A stretch of 64,000 bases of DNA from an uncultured Acidobacteriota bacterium (GTDB taxonomy: Bacteria; Acidobacteriota; UBA6911). Position numbers and translations under genes: made by a program. Below the pieces are notes generated by a model. It was given only the letters and a program-made list of their open reading frames with translations. It did no database searches and was not told where the DNA came from. Positions 1-9,081 of this stretch are shown piece after piece; the first letter of the stretch is position 1; each line of letters starts with the position of its first letter. The stretch is taken from assembly GCA_963843575.1 (NCBI GenBank), contig CAWJKZ010000013.1, positions 352,001 through 416,000 on the forward strand. The letters are read 5' to 3'.

Positions 1-1843
1 CGTAGTAGCCTTTGCGCGTCCGGGCCACGGCGTCCTGGTTGTTCTTGATGCGCACCCTCACCGCCCGCCACGCCCCGTCCTGGGCCTTATTGGTGGGGCT
101 GTACCCGATCCGGTACTGTACCCTCAGGTCGTCGGCGATTTCCGAGTAGACGCCGCGCAGGTCTTCGATCACCTTGGGCGCATACATGCGCCCGCCGGTC
201 TGATCGGCGATCATCTGGAGTTGCTCCCTCGCCTTGTCATAGACCGCCCTGCTCACGCCGCCGCCCCCTCCGCCGGGGTAGCGCCGCGAGCGTCCGCTCC
301 TCCCGCCGCCCAGGATATCCCCGAGGATAATTCCCACCACGCCGCCGGTGGAGGTCGGGTTGCCGGTCATCCCGCCCGCGTCACCCTCGGTGTCGAGGAA
401 GATCGGATAGATGATCGGCTCGATCTCCTGGACCTTCCGGTAGAGCTGATCGAAGGAGATGCGCGACCCTTCGCCCGTATTCCCCGCGAGCTGGTTGTCG
501 ACGCCGTCGGTAAAGACGACGACCGCCTTGCGTCCTTCAACGGAGCGCATGTACTCGTCCACGCTACGGTCGAGCGCGTCGTAAAATGCGGTGCCCCCGC
601 CCGAGCGGACCCCGTTGATGGCGCGGGCGACCTCGGCCCGGCTGCTGGTGAAGTCCTGGACGAGCTGCACGCGGCTGTTGAACACGGCGACCGCGATGCG
701 GTCGTTCTGCTTGATCTGCTTGGTGAAGTCGATCGACGCCGTCTTGATCAGGTGCAGGTACGATTCGGTGCTGCCGCTCACGTCGAGGAGCAACAGGAGG
801 TTGAACGGCACCTCCGTCGGCTCGAACTGGTCGACCGTCTGCTGCACGCCGTCCTCGTACACCACGAAGTCATCCTGCCGGAGATCCGGCAGGCTGCGAT
901 TGGACACCCTGTCGCGTACCGAGACGTTCAGGAACACCCAGTCGACGTTAACCTTGAACGTCGGGTTGCCCTCGGAGTTCTGCGTGGGCGGCTGCCCTCC
1001 CTGGCTTACCTCGCGCTGCTGCTGCTGCGGGGGCGCCTGCCGCGGCTCCGGCTGCCGCGGTTCCGGCTGAGCCGGCGCGGCCGGAGGCTCATTGTCCCGT
1101 CGAGCGGGGTTCTGCGGCGCCGGATTCCGGGGGATGGGGAGGGCCGTGACCTGCCCTACGTCCATCCGCACGGGACCGTTCAGGCTGGAGACATACAGCA
1201 GCGGCCCGCCCGACCCCACCTGCTTTTCCATTACCGCGCCCTGCGGCTGGGGGCTGTTCCCCCAGGTCAGGCGGCCCCCGGCGCGCGCCCAGATCCTCAG
1301 GTTGACGGTGGGAGCAAGCTCGCAGCCAACCTGGCCGTGAGCGGTCTCGATCCGCGCATCCCCAGAAGGCTGGGTGCGGAGGTGATAGACGATGTCTCCG
1401 CGGTCCGAGATGAGCGACACCGAAGAGGTCAGGTCCTCGGCCGTAATCTGGCCGGTCATGCTGCTCACCCGCACATAGCCGTCCATGCCCTGAACGACGA
1501 CTTCCGGGTTTGCCCCCGAAATCATGACGTTGACGAACCGGGGTGCCTGCACTTCGAGGTCGACGGACTCGCCGGGAGTGTCGCCGAAAAACGAGTAGAG
1601 GAAGATCCTGTCGCCGGCCTTCTGCGAGGCCAGGCGTACGTGCTCGGTGCCGCCCGACGCCAGCGTAGCCCGCGCCGTGGCCTCCACCTGGGCACCCGAG
1701 GAGGCACGGACCTGGACGCGGCCATAGTCGTTCTGGATGACCAGGGTGTCGCCGGGTTGCGCCGGAAACGACTTCGTCTCGACAGGCGCCGCCCAGGCCC
1801 TACCGGCCAGCAGTACGGTAAGTATCGCCACACACAGTTTCAC
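1..1843 (-). CDS. Secreted VWA-domain protein with N-terminal adhesin-like (DUF4097-type) beta repeats; runs off the left edge
   Basis: Not in the ORF track because it is open at the edge. Manual translation from GTG 1843 gives MKLCVAILTVLLAGRAWAAPVETKSF (signal peptide), a MIDAS-like LLLLDVSGST, FTDGVDN, and ends ...VARTRKGYY as Acidobacterial VWA proteins do. Confidence 0.85.
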   Translation of the reverse strand, partial: MKLCVAILTVLLAGRAWAAPVETKSFPAQPGDTLVIQNDYGRVQVRASSGAQVEATARATLASGGTEHVRLASQKAGDRIFLYSFFGDTPGESVDLEVQAPRFVNVMISGANPEVVVQGMDGYVRVSSMTGQITAEDLTSSVSLISDRGDIVYHLRTQPSGDARIETAHGQVGCELAPTVNLRIWARAGGRLTWGNSPQPQGAVMEKQVGSGGPLLYVSSLNGPVRMDVGQVTALPIPRNPAPQNPARRDNEPPAAPAQPEPRQPEPRQAPPQQQQREVSQGGQPPTQNSEGNPTFKVNVDWVFLNVSVRDRVSNRSLPDLRQDDFVVYEDGVQQTVDQFEPTEVPFNLLLLLDVSGSTESYLHLIKTASIDFTKQIKQNDRIAVAVFNSRVQLVQDFTSSRAEVARAINGVRSGGGTAFYDALDRSVDEYMRSVEGRKAVVVFTDGVDNQLAGNTGEGSRISFDQLYRKVQEIEPIIYPIFLDTEGDAGGMTGNPTSTGGVVGIILGDILGGGRSGRSRRYPGGGGGGVSRAVYDKAREQLQMIADQTGGRMYAPKVIEDLRGVYSEIADDLRVQYRIGYSPTNKAQDGAWRAVRVRIKNNQDAVARTRKGYY

Positions 1844-1892
1844 GGTCGCCCCTTGGATAAGATGCACACCGTTCCCCCGCAGTTCAATGGAA

Positions 1893-1952
1893 GGTCGGCG
1901 ACTAGGCGCCGACCCCAAAGCGGCGTCGAGCCAGTCGAGCCGCCGCACTCCA
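1893..1952. repeat. REP-A palindromic repeat (half element with an internal GTCGAGCC duplication)
   Basis: GTCGGCGACTAGGCGCCGAC hairpin followed by AAAGCGGCGTCGAGCCAGTCGAGCCGCCGCACTCCA. Confidence 0.9.
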
Positions 1953-1955
1953 AGG

Positions 1956-1964
1956 TGATAGAAT
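1956..1964 (+). promoter_or_regulatory. Extended -10 promoter of a probably leaderless gene
   Basis: TG-A-TAGAAT lies 6 nt before ATG 1971; no Shine-Dalgarno. Confidence 0.65.
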
Positions 1965-1970
1965 TCGCCC

Positions 1971-4733
1971 ATGAGATACCATCGAGTCGTTCCGTTTGTC
2001 GCGCTAATTCTCATTTCCACCCCGGCCCTGTTCGCGGCGAAGGTGCCGCCTGCCGATCTTTGGACCCCCGCGGTCGTCGCCCAGATCCGCGATCGCGGCA
2101 CCCTCGACGTCTCCATATCTCAACACCTGGGCTACGCCGACGTCTTCTTCACCTCGAATCCGTCCGCCGGCTGGTTCGACTCGGCGCCCCCCTATGCCGA
2201 GCAACACGGGAAGATCCGGATTCACGCCATTCTCGCGTCCCCCCTGGTCGGCGGTCCGTACCCCGCCATAGTCATCGGCCACGGACACCATGGGCACGCG
2301 GACGCGAACCTGGCGCTGCTCGTGGCCAGCCTCGGCTATGTCGCGCTGGCCATCGACGGGCCCGAGGCCGGGCAGTCGACGGGCGGCCCGGATGACGAAA
2401 ACCAGGCCTGGATCTCCGTCGACAACGGCCCGCAGTACAGCTACCTGTATCACCACGCCTACGCGGGCATGCGCGCCCTCACCCTGCTCGAACAGCTGGC
2501 TGCCTACATCGGGAACCCCTACCGCATCGACACGAGCAAGTTCGCCGTGCTGGGCGCCTCGATGGGCGGGATCCTCGCCACGTACATGAACGGTGTGGAC
2601 GATCGGCTGAAGTCGGCCGTGATCATCGCCGCGGCCGGGGACTGGCAGCACACCCTGCGCTACCCGAACTCGTGGCTTTACCACGGGATCTACGCCTCCA
2701 CCCGAGACCTGCCGTACAACGGAAGCGATCCCCTGAACTCCGTCGAAAACGTCGACACGGACCCCACGGTCATCGACTTCGTGAACTACTTCGACCCGAT
2801 CCGCTATGCCGGACGCCAGCACGCACCGGCCCTGACCGTCATCGGTACCCACGACGAGTACTTCCCCATCCCGACCGCCAATCTCACGCAGCTGGCCATG
2901 GAGCCCGCGGGCAGCCAGGCCAACTTCCAGAAGCGCGTCTGGTTCCTGCCCAATGCGCCGCACCAGTTCGACGCCTCCGCCGACATGGTAAGCCTCGTCG
3001 CCGGAATCCGGCAGTGGCTGGACTTCTCTTTCGGCAAACGGGAGGAACCGCTGGCGACCCCAACGATCACGCAATCGGGGACGTCCGGGCTCCGCTTCGA
3101 GATCGCGCTGGCGGAGCCGTCGGACCGGCTCGACGGGGCGATCGTGTCGCTGTTTGCCGCCGACCGCATCGATACGACCGGCAGCCCGATCCGGGATTTC
3201 AAGGAGTACGCCGCACGCCGCGAGGGCGATAAGTTCGTGGTGCAGTTCCCGGACGGCGAGCGGACGGCGTCGGGAGCGGTGCTGACCGCCGGGAACGCCA
3301 TCTATTACGCGACTGCGGTGGACGGGGACGGGTTGCCGGTTTCCTCGCTCATGTACAAAGGGGGCCTGCCCATAGACCTCTCGACGGATTTCACCCTCGT
3401 GATCCGGCCCTACCCGGACGCCGGCCCCGTCGCACCCGTGCCTCCGCCGGCCAGCTACGCGTCCGAGCAGGTCACGAGTTCCTCGGCGGTCCCGGGCGGA
3501 GCCGCCTACCAGGGGATGGCGCTGACCAACGCGACCGACCGGCCGATGACGGTGAAACTGCAGGCCTATACCGCCGAGGGGCGCATCGCGGCCGCCGAGG
3601 GGCTGGCCAACCCTGCGTTCCTGCGGATCCCTCCGCACGAACAGAAGATCTTCCTGGCCGAGGAGTGGCTCGGCGAAGGGGCGCGCCACCTCGACGGCAG
3701 CTTTCGTGCATTCTGGAGCGACGCGGAGGCGACCTCCCTCTCCTTCCGCGGCAACGTCTCCCCTTCGCAGCTCGACGATATCGGGCCCCTGGGCGCGGCC
3801 GCCGGCCCGCTCTGGCTTCCCCTCGCACGGGAACAGGAGCCGGGCGCGGTGCGGCGCCTGCGTCTGTTCGGCGGCGGGACTGCTGCCGACGTGCAGGTCC
3901 TCTTCCGCGGCAACGCCCTTTCCACCCGTTGGGACGGACGGGTACCCGCGTCGGGGATGTCAGAAATCCCGCTGAACGTCGCCGCGGACGTCGCGGAAAT
4001 CCACTCGCCCGTCCCCGTTTCGGCGCGCCTGGAGGTCAGCCCCGCCCATGATCCGTGGGGTATCGACGCCGCGGCGGCCCCGGCGGGCGCCCGCTACGTC
4101 CAGCCCCACGTCGAACTGAACGGGCTCTTCACGACACGCGTACTCCTGGTCAACACCTCGGCTTCCCCGCTGACGGCAACCCTGAGGCTCCGCAACCGCG
4201 CCGGCCAGCGCCTGGCCCCCGACGTCGCCAGGACAGTGCCGGGAAGCTCCGCCGCCGGGGAGACCGCAGAGACGCTCTTCGGCATCGACCCATCGGCGCC
4301 CGCGGACTCCGGCTGGATCGAGGCCGAAACGCGGGGCGGCGGACTGTTGATTTCGGCGCTCGCGGCGGACCGGCACGGCGGCGCCGCCGCTGCCTCCGCG
4401 TTCCAGGCCGCCGCCGCGGGGTCCTGGTCGATGCCCTATTTCGTGGAGAATGCCGGGTACTACACGGGCCTCGCCATCGCCAACCCGGGCGACGCAACCG
4501 CATCGGTCACGATCACCGCATACGACCCGTCCGGCGGGGTCCTCGGCAGGGAGAGCGTGGATCTGGCGCCCCAGGCGAGCTCGACCCGGCTGGTCGCCCA
4601 GTGGCTCCCCGGACTTCCGCCCGAGGCTACCGGGCAAATCGTAATCACGGCGTCGGCCCCGGTAGCGCTGCTGGCTTATTTCGGCACCGACGACGGAGCC
4701 TCCCTGGCCGCCATCCCCTTCACCTCCCGCTGA
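1971..4733 (+). CDS. Secreted alpha/beta hydrolase (acetylxylan-esterase-like) fused to C-terminal beta-rich repeats
   Basis: 920 aa; signal peptide, GHGHHG, nucleophile elbow GASMGG, GTHDEYF, NAPH; C-terminal units GMALTN / TRVLLVN / TGLAIANP. Confidence 0.75.
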   Translation: MRYHRVVPFVALILISTPALFAAKVPPADLWTPAVVAQIRDRGTLDVSISQHLGYADVFFTSNPSAGWFDSAPPYAEQHGKIRIHAILASPLVGGPYPAIVIGHGHHGHADANLALLVASLGYVALAIDGPEAGQSTGGPDDENQAWISVDNGPQYSYLYHHAYAGMRALTLLEQLAAYIGNPYRIDTSKFAVLGASMGGILATYMNGVDDRLKSAVIIAAAGDWQHTLRYPNSWLYHGIYASTRDLPYNGSDPLNSVENVDTDPTVIDFVNYFDPIRYAGRQHAPALTVIGTHDEYFPIPTANLTQLAMEPAGSQANFQKRVWFLPNAPHQFDASADMVSLVAGIRQWLDFSFGKREEPLATPTITQSGTSGLRFEIALAEPSDRLDGAIVSLFAADRIDTTGSPIRDFKEYAARREGDKFVVQFPDGERTASGAVLTAGNAIYYATAVDGDGLPVSSLMYKGGLPIDLSTDFTLVIRPYPDAGPVAPVPPPASYASEQVTSSSAVPGGAAYQGMALTNATDRPMTVKLQAYTAEGRIAAAEGLANPAFLRIPPHEQKIFLAEEWLGEGARHLDGSFRAFWSDAEATSLSFRGNVSPSQLDDIGPLGAAAGPLWLPLAREQEPGAVRRLRLFGGGTAADVQVLFRGNALSTRWDGRVPASGMSEIPLNVAADVAEIHSPVPVSARLEVSPAHDPWGIDAAAAPAGARYVQPHVELNGLFTTRVLLVNTSASPLTATLRLRNRAGQRLAPDVARTVPGSSAAGETAETLFGIDPSAPADSGWIEAETRGGGLLISALAADRHGGAAAASAFQAAAAGSWSMPYFVENAGYYTGLAIANPGDATASVTITAYDPSGGVLGRESVDLAPQASSTRLVAQWLPGLPPEATGQIVITASAPVALLAYFGTDDGASLAAIPFTSR

Positions 4734-4750
4734 AAGCAAGGGAGTGAATA

Positions 4751-4987
4751 GAATGTGGCCAACGGGGTATAACGCTCATGAAATTCATTCGCCTCCTGCT
4801 CCACAACCTCTGGAGTGCGGTGCCTCGGCGCCGCTGTCTGGATTTCGCTGCACCGGTAGACAGCTGCGGGAGGGCGGCGCCTAGGCGCCGCCCACAAAGC
4901 GGCGTCGAGCCGCCGCACTCCAGAGGGAATGTGGCCAACGGGGTATAACGCTCATGAAATTCATCCGCCTCCTGCTCCACAACCTCT
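4751..4987 (+). repeat. 61-bp direct repeat (4751-4811 and 4927-4987) bracketing a full REP-A doublet (4808-4925)
   Basis: GAATGTGGCCAACGGGGTATAACGCTCATGAAATTCAT(T/C)CGCCTCCTGCTCCACAACCTCT occurs twice with one mismatch. The element between has terminal inverted repeats CTCTGGAGTGCGG / CCGCACTCCAGAG. Confidence 0.95.
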
Positions 4988-6123
4988 TGCGGAACCGCCG
5001 CCGTACGTTCCTGACCGTCTCGAGCATCGCGGTCTCGCTGTTTCTCATCGCGACCCTGCTCACCGTGCTGCACGAGATGGAGAACCCGCCGCAGACGCCC
5101 GATTCGGCGCTGCGGTTGATCGCGCGGCACCGTGTTTCGCTGGCCAACATCCTTCCGATGTCCTATCGCGCCAAGATTCAGCGCATGGAAGGCGTCGACT
5201 CCGCCGTGGGGTCCATGTGGTTCGGGGGCGTGTACAAAGAACCCAAGAACTTCTTCGCCAACTTCGCCGTCGACACCGATCAGTTCTTCCGGGTCTATTC
5301 CGACGTGCAGATGCCCGAGGAGCAGAAGCAGGCGTTCCTGAAGGACCGGACGGGCGCCATCGTGGGGCAAAGCCTGGCCGAACGCTTCGGCTGGAAACTG
5401 GGCGACAGGATCACGCTCCAGGGGGCCCTGTTCGACTTCGATGCGGAGCTGACCGTGCGCGGCATCTACACCGGCGGCGGCGACGACGGCAGCACCCTCT
5501 ATTTCCAGTGGGCCTATTTCAACGAGGGGATGAAGAAGGTGTTCGGCAATGCGGGCGAGGAGGTGAACTTCACCGGCTTCTACGCGATCCGGGCGGAGTC
5601 TCCGGAACTGGTTCCCGCGATCGCCGAGCGCGTCGACGCGGAGTTCAAGAACACGAGCGCTCCCACCAAGACCGAGAGCGAGAAGGCCTTCGTCCTCGGC
5701 TTCATTTCGATGATGGGCAACGTCCGGCTGCTCGTGACCAGCATCTGTTCCGTCGTGATCTTCACGATCGTGCTGGTCGCCGCCAATACAATGGCCATGT
5801 CGATCCGGGAGCGCGTGCGCGAGATCGGCATCCTCAAGGCGCTCGGCTTCCGCCGCGCCCAGATACTGAGCATGCTGCTGGGCGAATCGATCCTCCTCTC
5901 GATGGGGGGCGCCCTGCTGGGCGCCTGCGCCGCGAAATTCCTGTATTCGGGGGCGAAGATGGGGGCGGTGACGGGCGGCATGTTCCAGCGGTTCTACGTG
6001 ACGCCGGGGATTGTGGCGCTCTGCGCCGCCATCGGCCTCGCGGTGGGCCTGGTGTCCGCCGGTGTCCCCGCCTGGCAGGCCGCGCGCCGCAAGGTCGTGG
6101 ACGCGCTGCGCGAGATTGCCTGA
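4954..6123 (+). CDS. ABC transporter permease (MacB/FtsX family)
   Basis: NLLRNRRRTFLT start, SIRERVREIGILKALGF motif, 4-TM architecture. Confidence 0.93.
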   Translation: MKFIRLLLHNLLRNRRRTFLTVSSIAVSLFLIATLLTVLHEMENPPQTPDSALRLIARHRVSLANILPMSYRAKIQRMEGVDSAVGSMWFGGVYKEPKNFFANFAVDTDQFFRVYSDVQMPEEQKQAFLKDRTGAIVGQSLAERFGWKLGDRITLQGALFDFDAELTVRGIYTGGGDDGSTLYFQWAYFNEGMKKVFGNAGEEVNFTGFYAIRAESPELVPAIAERVDAEFKNTSAPTKTESEKAFVLGFISMMGNVRLLVTSICSVVIFTIVLVAANTMAMSIRERVREIGILKALGFRRAQILSMLLGESILLSMGGALLGACAAKFLYSGAKMGAVTGGMFQRFYVTPGIVALCAAIGLAVGLVSAGVPAWQAARRKVVDALREIA

Positions 6124-6151
6124 GGGCCGCGGGAGGTCCAGAGGAAGCGAC

Positions 6152-7309
6152 ATGAAGATACCTTTGCGCTACAACATCGGCAGCCTGTGGGTGAGACGGA
6201 CCGGGACCCTGATGGCCGTGCTCGGGATCGGGTTCACCGTCTCGATCGTGGTCGTGATGATGGCCCTGGTCAACGGCCTCGACTCCACCTTTGTCGACAC
6301 CGGCCAGGAAAACCAGCTCATCGTCATCCGGAAAGGCGGCCTGAACGAGGTCAACAGCTACTTTCTGCGCGACCTCTATCCGACCATCAAGTTCATGCCG
6401 GGCATCGCCAAGGCGGCTGGGGGCGAGCCGTTGGTGGTCGGCGAGAGCATCGTCATTGTCAACCACACGCGGCTGAAGGGCGACACGTCCAATCTCATCG
6501 TGCGTGGCACGTCGGAAATGGGCTATGTCCTGAGGCCCGAGGTGAAGGTCGTCGAAGGGCGCACGTTCCGGCCCGGCCTGCGCGAGATCAACGTGAGCCG
6601 CTCGGTTTCGAAGCGCTTCCAGAGCATGGCGCTCGGTCAGAGCGTCCACTTCGCCCGCAGCGACTGGAAGGTGGTCGGCGTCTTCGACGCGGCGGGAACC
6701 GCATTCGACTCGGAGGTGTGGGCGGATTACGGCGACATCAGCGACGAGTGGGGGCGCCCCAGCTACTCGTCGATCCTGCTCCGGGCGGAAAACGCGAACG
6801 CCGCCGCCGACATCCAGAAGAGGATCGCCGCCGACCGGCGCCTGAATCTGCAGGCCCTGCAGCAGCGCGCCTACTACGCCGAGCAGACCTCCACCTCGAT
6901 CGGGATCAAGGCCCTCGGGTATTTCATCGCGATCGTGATGGGGATCGGGGCGAGTTTCGCGGCCATGAACATGATGTACTCGGCGGTGATGTCGCGCTCC
7001 AAGGAAGTCGCCACCCTGCGCGCCATCGGGTTCCGCAAGCGGAGCATCCTTGCGTCTTTCCTCATGGAATCGGTTCTCCTGGGGATCGCGGGAGGCGTCC
7101 TCGGCTGCCTGCTCGCGCTCCCCATGCACGGGCTGTCGTCCGGCACCGCCAATTTCCAGACGTTCAGCGAGGTCCTGTTCAATTTCCGGATCACACCGGG
7201 GATCCTGATGAAGGGCGTGCTGTTTTCGGCGGTCGTCGGGGCGCTCGGCGGTTTCCTGCCGGCGCGCAAAGCGGCCCGCGCGCCGCTGATCTCCGTGATG
7301 CGCGACTAG
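6152..7309 (+). CDS. ABC transporter permease (MacB/FtsX family)
   Basis: ATG 6152 after GAGGAAG; MYSAVMSRSKEVATLRAIGF motif; ends GGFLPARKAAR. Confidence 0.93.
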   Translation: MKIPLRYNIGSLWVRRTGTLMAVLGIGFTVSIVVVMMALVNGLDSTFVDTGQENQLIVIRKGGLNEVNSYFLRDLYPTIKFMPGIAKAAGGEPLVVGESIVIVNHTRLKGDTSNLIVRGTSEMGYVLRPEVKVVEGRTFRPGLREINVSRSVSKRFQSMALGQSVHFARSDWKVVGVFDAAGTAFDSEVWADYGDISDEWGRPSYSSILLRAENANAAADIQKRIAADRRLNLQALQQRAYYAEQTSTSIGIKALGYFIAIVMGIGASFAAMNMMYSAVMSRSKEVATLRAIGFRKRSILASFLMESVLLGIAGGVLGCLLALPMHGLSSGTANFQTFSEVLFNFRITPGILMKGVLFSAVVGALGGFLPARKAARAPLISVMRD

Positions 7310-7320
7310 TGTGCCGGTGG

Positions 7321-7346
7321 TGGGCCGCGGCGGCTCGCCGCGGCCC
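7321..7346. repeat. REP-A variant hairpin (GGGCCGCGGCGGCTCG.. type)
   Basis: TGGGCCGCGGCGGCTCGCCGCGGCCC resembles the reverse complement of 38731-38757. Confidence 0.6.
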
Positions 7347-7387
7347 CAGATGCTCGCGCGTGGTCTGGCTACTTCAAGAGGTTGAGC

Positions 7388-8093
7388 ATGAGCGAACCGT
7401 TGATCCGCATGAAGGGCTTGACAAAGACGTTCCGGCGCGACGGCAGCGAAATCCAAGTCCTGCGGGGCATCGACCTGCAGGTGTTCCCCGGGGACTTCGT
7501 CAGCCTGATGGGCCCGTCGGGTTCCGGAAAAAGCACCCTGCTCAACATCATCGCCGGGATCGACCGCCCCAGCGGCGGCGAGCTGCACGTCCTGGACGCG
7601 GAGATACTCTCGATGAGCGAGGACGAGCTGGCGACCTGGCGCAACCACCACGTCGGCTTCGTGTTCCAGCACTTCAACCTGATCCCCGTCCTGACCGCCT
7701 TCGGCAACGTCGAGCTCCCGCTGCTGCTGACGAGCCTCTCGCGCAAGGAACGGCGCGAGCACGTCATGACGGCACTGAAGCTGGTCGGCCTGACCGACCG
7801 GGCCGACCATTACCCGCGCCAGCTGTCGGGCGGGCGAGGAACAGCGAGTCGCCATCGCCCGGGCCATCGTCACCGACCCGACATTCGTGCTTGCAGACGA
7901 GCCGACGGGCGATCTGGACGCCGAATCCGCGACGGAGGTGATGAAGGTGCTGGCGGGGTTGAACGAGCAGTTCAAGAAGACCGTCATCCTGGTGACGCAC
8001 GACCCGCGTGCCGCCGCATACGCGTCCACACGCCACTACCTGGACAAGGGCGTCCTCATGGAACCCCCCACGTCCGCGGCCAACGCGTCGTAA
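7388..8093 (+). CDS. ABC transporter ATP-binding protein (LolD/MacB-like), frameshift near 7833
   Basis: Walker A GPSGSGKS and LSGG in one frame; [10 protein letters not shown] and VTHD in the next frame. Confidence 0.9.
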
Positions 8094-8117
8094 ACCGTAA
8101 ACCGTAAGCCGGAAGCC
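8090..8117 (+). repeat. Degenerate heptamer tandem repeat
   Basis: GTAAACC GTAAACC GTAAGCC GGAAGCC overlapping the stop codon. Confidence 0.6.
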
Positions 8118-8157
8118 AGGAACCTGCGCGAACTTCAGCTCACCCCAGCCCTAAGCA

Positions 8158-8285
8158 AGTACTGATGTTCACAAATACGCCAACGTATTTTTCAGGACGC
8201 GGATGCGCGCGGATCCCCGCAGATCGACCTGGCGACAGGCCGCGGTCGATCCGCGTGAATCCGTTGGATCCGCGGAATCTGCGTA
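8158..8285. repeat. Repeat family C (CGCGGAT/ATCCGCG units), homologous to the right end of the 19501-19838 element
   Basis: AGTACTGATGTTCACAAATACGCCAACGT...CAGGACGCGGATGCGCGCGGAT aligns with the reverse complement of 19775-19838; it lies between convergent genes. Confidence 0.8.
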
Positions 8286-8297
8286 TCTGCTTTTGGC

Positions 8298-8954
8298 TTA
8301 CTGGGGCAGGGTTCCCAGGTCATCTGCGTTCAGGGTCGTGAAATCCGCGACGATGCGGGCGACCTGGTGCTTGGTCAACTCCTCCGCCGAGTGGGTGGTG
8401 GCGAGCGCTATGCAGGCGCACCCGGCCCGGCGCGCTGCCTCTATCCCGGCCGTGGAATCCTCGAACACGACGCAGCGCTCGGCCGGCAATCCGAGCCGCC
8501 GCGCCGCGAGCAGGAAGATCTCCGGGTCCGGTTTGCTCCGGGTGACGTCGGCGCCGGTGACGACGGCTGCGAAGAAACTTCGGATGGCCAGCCTGTCCAG
8601 GACGAAGTCGGCGTTCGCGGGCGGGCCGCTGGTCGCAACGGCGCAGCGGATCGCAGCCCCGCGCAATCGTTGCAGAAAATCGACCAGGCCTGCCGCCGGA
8701 CGCAACTCCGGGGCGATGGTGTCGCGGTAGATCTGCTCCTTCCGTTCCGTCAGCCGCGGGATGTCCTCCTCGCGCAGCCCGGGGCCGATGAGCCGGCCGA
8801 TCATCTCCCTGTTGCGCTGCCCGAACACGGCGCGGATCTCGTCCTCCTTCAGGACGCGGCCCAGTTCTCTGCCGAGCTGCTGCCACGCCCGCACGTGGTA
8901 GGCGAGGTTGTCGACGAGCACGCCGTCCATGTCGAAAATAGCCCCTTCGATCAT
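8298..8954 (-). CDS. HAD-family phosphatase (beta-phosphoglucomutase-like)
   Basis: IFDMDGVLVD, KPDPEIF and VFEDS motifs; AGGAGG RBS. Confidence 0.93.
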   Translation of the reverse strand: MIEGAIFDMDGVLVDNLAYHVRAWQQLGRELGRVLKEDEIRAVFGQRNREMIGRLIGPGLREEDIPRLTERKEQIYRDTIAPELRPAAGLVDFLQRLRGAAIRCAVATSGPPANADFVLDRLAIRSFFAAVVTGADVTRSKPDPEIFLLAARRLGLPAERCVVFEDSTAGIEAARRAGCACIALATTHSAEELTKHQVARIVADFTTLNADDLGTLPQ

Positions 8955-9081
8955 CAATTCCTCCTGGCAAACCCGCGGATTTAATCACAGAAATCCGGCT
9001 TCCTGTGCTTAAATCTCCCGCGATCTCCGCGGGCTTATCGGCTCCGCGGTGCGTCCCGATTCTCGAGCGGGGGACCTTGAT

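Noticed and set aside
221-2395. 724-aa plus-strand ORF and the many other long overlapping ORFs in the track
   Set aside because: Antisense or off-frame shadows of real genes in high-GC DNA, with no motifs; the real gene here is the minus-strand VWA protein.
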